In this document: positions 45,440 through 52,096 of the stretch, in pieces
How positions within the stretch are numbered: position 1 is the first letter of the stretch
How the letters are laid out: every line of letters begins with the position of its first letter
Source: Obrimoposthia wandeli
Lineage: Eukaryota
NCBI GenBank assembly: GCA_977020255.1
Contig: CDROCS010001231.1
Coordinates: 124,001 to 176,096, forward strand
Reading direction: 5' to 3'
Length of the DNA stretch: 52,096 nt
Made by a program: the position numbers and the translations under genes
Notes under the pieces: generated by a model
Told to the model about the DNA's origin: nothing
Databases searched by the model: none
Seen by the model: only the letters and a program-made list of their open reading frames with translations

Positions 45440-48400
45440 TATATACTTTAGAATTTAACATTGTAAAATATTACGCTGGATAACAAACGTCTACAACAAA
45501 TTCATTTTCCCTTACTTTACCCTGTGTTACAAAATAAATAAACTAAATGTTTCACAGTAATATTAAAAAACAATTATCAATTATTTTAAGTTCGTTTACA
45601 TTTAGCAACATTTCAATAGTTGTGTAATAAATAAAATGAAACGATGTTTTACTATTTTAGTCATAAAGAATGATATTGACAATATATTGGAGTCAGGATT
45701 TATTCATTCTGTTCCCCAGCGGCAGATAATCAAAATAAAGGTATTTATGAAGAAAATAATACACTTTGAAAGATCAGATATAGCTAAAAAACTTTTGCAA
45801 CAAATAACTTTAAGCCATTGGATACAACATATATACACAAAGTAAAAATCGAAATCAGCTTTTAAATTAAATTTAAATTTAAAAAACATGTAGAATAAGA
45901 TAAAAAATACATTTTTAAAGAAAGATTTCTTAAATCAAGCAGACGTATTATAATGTGTGTTTATTTGATTGTTTAGTTACTTTTCACTATTTTGCAAGAC
46001 AAAAATAACACTCGCCGGCTGTATTTTGAAAAAACATCGAAAAATTCTGTTGCATAGTTATGTAAGAACTTGGTCAACAAAGTGTGCTAGTTTAAAGGTT
46101 TAAAAATTTTTCGTATCACTGCTCCAGAACCCTTTATGTTTAAAAAATCATGATTGTTAAACCAAAAATTAAATACAAAATCAAAAAGTTTAAAAAAACC
46201 AAAAAGGTCAATTACTGGGCTTCATTCCTCTAATAAGTTTAAGATACTGTGCAAAATATAGATAAAAGACAAATAACATTTATAAAATTTTAAAAAAAGT
46301 AAAATAATTTTTAAATGAAAACTTTTATTTTTGTAAATAGTTCTGATAAAGAAATATTGTTCAATGTTCGTGGACAGTTATTTAAATTTGAGAATCTCGC
46401 ATTTTCAGAATATACAATAATTATTTCTTTTTTAAATGACTTATAACACTTATGTAAATTAGTTAAAATTGCAATTATTTTTAATGTTTTTTTTATTTTT
46501 TATAAATATTTTTTTTAATACATTTAAATTTTATTTAAAAATGATACGATAAAAATTTGAAAAAGTGTTATTATATTCTTTGAGATTTGTTGTAATAGTA
46601 AGTTAATTTTGGTTTTGATAAAAAATACACTAAGGAAGTTCGTATTAAATTTAAATTATATTAATTTTTCACAATCAACATTGATGTATTTTAACAAAAT
46701 AATATTTTAGTCAATACATATCAAATTATAAAAATAATAGATTTTTTTAATTTATTTTTAAAAATAAATAATGACAAAATTTATTTAAATTAAAATATTT
46801 GAATTTAAGACTTTGTTTAGTTATAAATTTCAAATTGTTTCAAATACAAAAATAAGAGACATAAAATTGTTGTAATTAAGATTTACTAAATTTTGGTTTC
46901 AAATTAAAGATTTAGAACGAATAAGATTTGAAATGAAAATAAGAAAATGTTTATAAAAGTATTTAAAAAAATAATTTATTCAATAACATGCTTTCATTTC
47001 AGAACTATGTACAATTATTGAGTTTTTAAATATAAAGAAATATAGAAATAAACATATTTTATGGTACATAGTCATCATGTTATAATTTATTAAACCAATA
47101 TGTATTTATTAATTTTTAGTAAATTTTCTACATTAACATTTATCATTCTAAAAATTAAAATAAAAATATATCATTAAATCAAAGAAATAATGCCTAAAAG
47201 TGATCTCAACCAGGATTTTGTTGATTCAGAATATATACTACAGCAAATATTCAGATAGTATATTAGTTATTTCATAATTGACATTTCATTTTTATAAATT
47301 TTAATATTTTATATAAACCTTACATATAATTATTTAAATTTTTATATAAATGTGTACAAGTTTAAATTCACTAAAGTAGCATTTTAACTTATAGCTCCTA
47401 TTTAAAGACACTATAAGCATTTCTGAGCACAATTTAGAACCAAATTTTATAATATTGCATTATGCGTTGGTTACACAAATATGTATATTGCAGAAATAGA
47501 AGAATCTCTAGGACGTTTCGGACTTTCAAGAATTTTTCTTTTTTATAAATTTAAGATTTTAAGATATTTTGTGTCAATTTAGTTTAATTGAAGATGGTGT
47601 TCGTTATTTTGGGTATTTTTATGAAAAATTCGATATGAGACAATTTTTAGTTTTTTTTAATCAATATTTTAATCAATATTGAAAAAATTCAGAAAATTTA
47701 AAAGAAACTAGTTTTTTTAAAGTTGAGTCAATTTAAAAAAAAATAAAGATTTTAATAAAAATTATAAGAAAAAAAAAGATTTAAATAATTTCAGAGTTAA
47801 AAATATGATATGAAAATATCAAAACAACTATAAAAACTGCTTCCTCTAATACACTAATCATGATTTCGTATGTGATCTGAGTTTGGCACTGGAGCAAAGC
47901 ATATACATGAGAAAAACACCATTACAATTTCCTTGAATAAAACATAGCTAATGGAAGAGTTGAGGTGAACCGCAAAAATACCGTCCATGCACCAAGTGTC
48001 ACAAGAGTCAAGACATTGTAAGTGGGAGCTCGGTTGGGAATTTGACGTGAAGTTCCTCAGTACTTAGGCCATTATCATACGTGAAATTGCACTTAAAATA
48101 ATTTATAGGCAGTTTTCATGAATCATGCTAAATGCATCTAATTGCATAATTCCCTTTAATATTACCACAACCATACATTAAAGTGACTAAATAACAAAAG
48201 TTTTTTAAAACAAGATAATGAATAAAGACATAATTTAACTAATACATTCATATTTATGAAATGAGTATGATAGGCTTCACTGTAGTTCGGTAAAAAACAG
48301 GCCACATGGTATCGTGTATGAATTGCAATTAAAATCATTAACTAAAAGTTTCAACAGATGATAAAAGGATGAATCATAATTATTCTCGTAATTTACTCAA

Positions 48401-48899
48401 ATTATGTAACTATTATATTGATAATAATTGTGTATCCCATTTTGATGAAGAAGTTGTATATCTTGAATATCAAAGATGAAATGTAGATTCAAATCTAAAT
48501 TTGTCATAAACATTTCAAAAATAACCTAATAGAACGAACATGACCTTTAACTAAACTAAATTATTTGAAAACTAACTATTTTATAAATTGAAGTCCTAAA
48601 AAAGCATAAATCTTAAATGTTGTTTGAAGTCTTGTTTAAATATTATATAATCCGTGAAACGACAGAATTTAAATATATTTTGCTCCAAGCCATATTCTTG
48701 GATTTGTGATTGGACTACAAGCTATTTCGGCTATGAAGGAATTGAGAGCATCAGTATTTTCGATGGGACTTCAAATGTGGAGGTGGATTAGTGAGATCAA
48801 AATGAAGGCCGATCTGCTGGATTTGGAGAAAAATTAAGTTCAATTATTCGCTGAGATTGAAACCTAAATGATGGTTATGAATTTGTAAAGCCGAAAAGA

Positions 48900-49620
48900 A
48901 TGACGCAGAATCAATTATGAAGCGATTATGAGATACATGTGTGATGTGGTCAGTTTCGAGGTGTATAAGTGATTCAGCCAGAAGAAGCGGCAACTCAGAG
49001 AATCAGTCGATCGGTTCGCGTCGAATTTAAAAGTCTGACATCAAAGATCGGTATGGCAGATAATATTGTTGAATTGGCGCTAGTCGCTGGCCAGCCTTCA
49101 GACGCTTCAGAAGCTCTGAAAATTTCGATGAAGTGTGGAAACTCTTCCTTAGAGCAAGTTATAGCTGAAGCCCGAACTAGATGACATAAAAAAATTGGAA
49201 TCTGAAGGTATCTTCCAAGTTGGAGCCTGTCGCAGCTCTTCATTATAGAAAAAGGATAATTAGTTCAGGAATCAAACGCTTCCGATGAGATGAATGCCAT
49301 ATTTCTAGAACTGCTATGGAAGAAAAACACAGATGCTAACATCTAGAATATAGTTGGTCACTTGGCCCGCATGTCCCAAAACGAGAATCAAAAACTATTA
49401 AGGAGTCCGTAGTGCGCCAGCGCATTCTTGATGATACGGCGTATATTCCAACAGTTATCATCCATGTTGGAACTAAAACTTTAAGAGCAATGGTTGATGG
49501 GATGTTCGAGACTATTCTTTTGATGTTGACAGTTAAAGAATCAATCATAAATTTTGATCATAACATAACATTAATGAACGGAGAAAGAATACCCGAGGAA
49601 GTGTATGGAATGTGAAGTTA
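48900..49620 (+). mobile_element. Degenerate gag/protease remnant of another LTR element
   Basis: Broken frames with VGHLARM (knuckle remnant) and VIIHVGTKTLRAMVDG (protease-like, DTG degraded); boundaries approximate. Confidence 0.4.
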
Positions 49621-49795
49621 ATGTCACGGACGCAAATTGGCTAAATTGCATCATTTCTCGTATAGCACTCATGATACGTTATTGAATGGATGTTGTCAAT
49701 ATACTGTGGAATTTGGATAAGTGGTGATGGAAGGAATAAGAGTTTGACCAATTCAATGATGTTTGTGCAGTATCAGATTCATCGAATCCGGTTGG

Positions 49796-49819
49796 ATATA
49801 TATATATATATATATATAT
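49796..49819. repeat. (TA)n microsatellite
   Basis: Uninterrupted TA run of about 12 units. Confidence 0.9.
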
Positions 49820-49828
49820 GACTTCAAT

Positions 49829-50210
49829 CATACCTTCAAACGTTCAAGTTATAACTGAGTCCGACCCTTTCATATATATTAACGACCACAACCTTTTAGA
49901 TGTATTGATTAAGCATACGGTCACAACCATACCTTTCGTCTTCAAGTCAAAACTGAGTCCGACCTTTTTCATATAGGATTGACTACAACCTTGGGTGTGT
50001 TGGCCAACCATGATGGTCATGACCATACCTTCAAATCCTTCAAATCAAACTGAGTCCGGACCCTTTCATCTATGGACGACCACAACTTTAGATGTTGATT
50101 AAGTATAGATATTATGACCATACCTTCAAACTTTCAAGTCAAAACCGAGTCCGACCCTTTCATCTATGGACGACCACAACCCTTAGGTGTAAGTTGGCCA
50201 ACAATAGATT
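49829..50210 (+). repeat. Diverged ~96-bp tandem repeat, 4 copies in ABAB order
   Basis: CATACCTT at 49829, 49928, 50024, 50119; shared AACTGAGTCCGACCCTTTCAT...GACCACAAC; alternating tails (TTAGATGT..GATTAAG versus GGTGT..TTGGCCAAC). Confidence 0.85.
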
Positions 50211-50394
50211 GTTACAGCCACTAAATCTTCAAACCTTTCTGAGCCTGATCCTTATGAAAAGGGCAAGACACCCATATGGGGAGTCAACATATACCCTTGT
50301 TGGAAATTAATTAAATAAATAAATAATTTTAAGTCAATTTTAATTGATATTTAATACTTATCAAAAATGCCAACAATTTGGAGGTTTTCGTTCA

Positions 50395-50445
50395 GCCTCC
50401 GACGGGTGGTCCTGTTTCGCCCTTACCGTGGACTCGTCAGAAGGC
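50395..50445 (-). ncRNA. Type I hammerhead ribozyme (antisense in third LTR)
   Basis: Minus strand GCCUU-CUGACGA-GUCC-ACGGUAA-GGGC-GAAA-CAGG-ACCA-CCCG-UC/GGAGGC; core intact, one A-C mismatch in stem III, 1-nt bulge in stem I. Confidence 0.82.
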
Positions 50446-50965
50446 GGCGAGATAGGGTGGTTAGCGGAATGGATTTATCTCGAGTAAATCTGACATTTCT
50501 CCCATACTTTATGACTGAGATTGCCGCCCAGATGTTGCCATTTTTCTCTCTCTCGGGCAGCTTCTAAATCTCTCTGCCAACTGCACTGTCGGCGGTTCCT
50601 CCTCTGATCCTCAATCGGTTCCAATGTGTACAATCAATCAGCAACAAGATATACCAGCAGATCTAACTGACGTTGCCACAACAAATCCGAATAGCAACAT
50701 CTGCCTCTCCTGACAACAGATACCAATTTTCCCCTACCGGCTGATGTCTGCCAATCTCTAATCACAGACGAGTCGACAACATAGCAGCGGTATGCTTATC
50801 TCACCGGACTATCCCGACTATGTCAGTATGTGTGTGACACGTCACCATTTCAAACTTCTCTGTCCCTCGCATACTTTGTCGTTATATAAAACTGCATGAT
50901 TTCTGTCAGGCTGACACAACAAAAAGCAACACAGAAATTTCTGGAAAATATATATTTTAAGAATT

Positions 50966-51297
50966 TTATCCACTTTCAATTTATTTGAAATTAGTTATCC
51001 ACTTCTCAATTTGTTTGAAACCAGTTATCCACTTCACCTATTTGAAATCAGTTATCCACTTCTCAATTTGTTTGAAACCAGTTATCCACTTTCGTTCTAT
51101 TTGAAATCAGTTATCCATCACTTCAATTTGTTTGAAACCAGTTATCCACTTCTCAATTTGTTTGAAACCAGTTATCCACTTCTCAATTTATTTGAAACCA
51201 GTTAACCACTTCTAACGGTTTTTGAAACTAGTTATTCACTTCTCAATTTATTTGAACCAGTTATCCAATTTTCAATTTGTTTGAAACCATTTACCCA
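50966..51297 (+). repeat. 30-bp tandem array (~11 copies) inside third LTR
   Basis: Unit TTATCCACTTCTCAATTTGTTTGAAACCAG with scattered variants. Confidence 0.92.
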
Positions 51298-52096
51298 ATT
51301 ATGAAAGTTTGTCGAGTTACAATTGTTGACTTCGTCCCACAAATTTAACTTATTAACAATTGTGAGAGCTCGACTAAGAATAGAACAAGGATTGAGCGTA
51401 GGTCATTTATTTGTTTTTATGTTGATAATATTTAGTTTATTGTAATAGTTTATTTTAAAAGAAAATTGAATTGATTTTGCTTTACATTTTAGTTTTATTG
51501 TCACATTTGACATTAAAATTTTAATTATATTCATTGTAAATTTATTTAAATTTTGATAGTGATTCATTTTATTTTTTCAATATTTAGTTGTAATTTATTT
51601 TTTGGATTTTATGTTAATTTGTTTACTTTTTGTAATTATTTAATTTAATTTGATTGTTAGACATTCATTTCCGATTATTATTTTTTTGTATATATACATT
51701 CTAATTTGCTTTAGTCTATATTTTATTACATATATATAATTAATAATCTGAACATACAGATCTACAACATTTTCTTGGTTATTTGAACTCATTTGAAAAT
51801 TATCTTAGTTTTACAACCTTAAAAAGAGCTTACAATTTCAAAAAAACTTATAACATTTTATATTTTAAAATTTGTGATTCGTATAAGTATCCGAACTTTT
51901 ATATTACCTGATTTGATATATTAGATATAAAATACTAAACATTGAGTGTTTGAGGTGTCATAGCTTATAATAAGCCTCGTAGGTCAAAAATACATTTTCT
52001 ACTACATAGAAGTAAGAGGTGTTTAAAGCTTGCGCACAAGCCTCGTCGGTCCAAAAATACATTTTCATAATTTTCATATAGTTTGATAGGGCTAGG

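Larger units (their letters stand above)
50298..51358 (+). mobile_element. LTR of a third related family (probable 5' LTR, followed by a degenerate PBS-like sequence)
   Basis: Starts TGTTGG, hammerhead ~100 bp in, TATAAA at 50885, tandem array, ends TTAACA then AT-TGTGAGAGCTCGAC, in the same position as AT-TGGTGAGCCCGAAG in the full element. No TSD match at the right end. Confidence 0.65.

Noticed and set aside
49850-50175. Hammerhead-like CTGAGTCC...GGACGA in the 96-bp repeat
   Set aside because: It lacks the CUGANGA and GAAA core and stems I/III; not a hammerhead as it stands.
51960-52070. Two copies of AAGCCTCGT(A/C)GGTC(C)AAAAATACATTTT
   Set aside because: Only two short copies at the window edge; insufficient to interpret.

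Overview
AT-rich eukaryotic (animal-like) genomic DNA with GT-AG introns. The main feature is a young, full-length 14.1-kb Ty3/gypsy LTR retrotransposon (6902-20983, + strand, GATG target-site duplication, LTRs differing at only two positions I could find). Its architecture is unusual: (i) Gag, a chuvirus/gB-like envelope glycoprotein and the protease form one ORF, in the order gag-env-pro; (ii) the integrase is fused to a second signal-peptide/FN3-like/TM protein; (iii) a coiled-coil ORF and a DEDDh (REX4/ISG20-like) exonuclease ORF follow; (iv) each LTR carries a complete type I hammerhead ribozyme on the antisense strand. Two further diverged LTRs in the window (solo LTR 44708-45439; LTR 50298-51358) carry the same antisense hammerhead with covarying stems, so this looks like a conserved feature of the whole lineage. 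Host genes are a 14-exon ALIX/PDCD6IP (- strand), an SH3BGR-family gene with a long acidic tail (- strand) and the 3' part of an unidentified + strand gene. DNA-transposon remnants (Tigger/pogo, Tc1) and tandem repeats are also present. Isolated stops and homopolymer frameshifts occur in both pol and ALIX, so some lesions may be assembly errors. All calls were made by eye; no database searches or folding programs were run.
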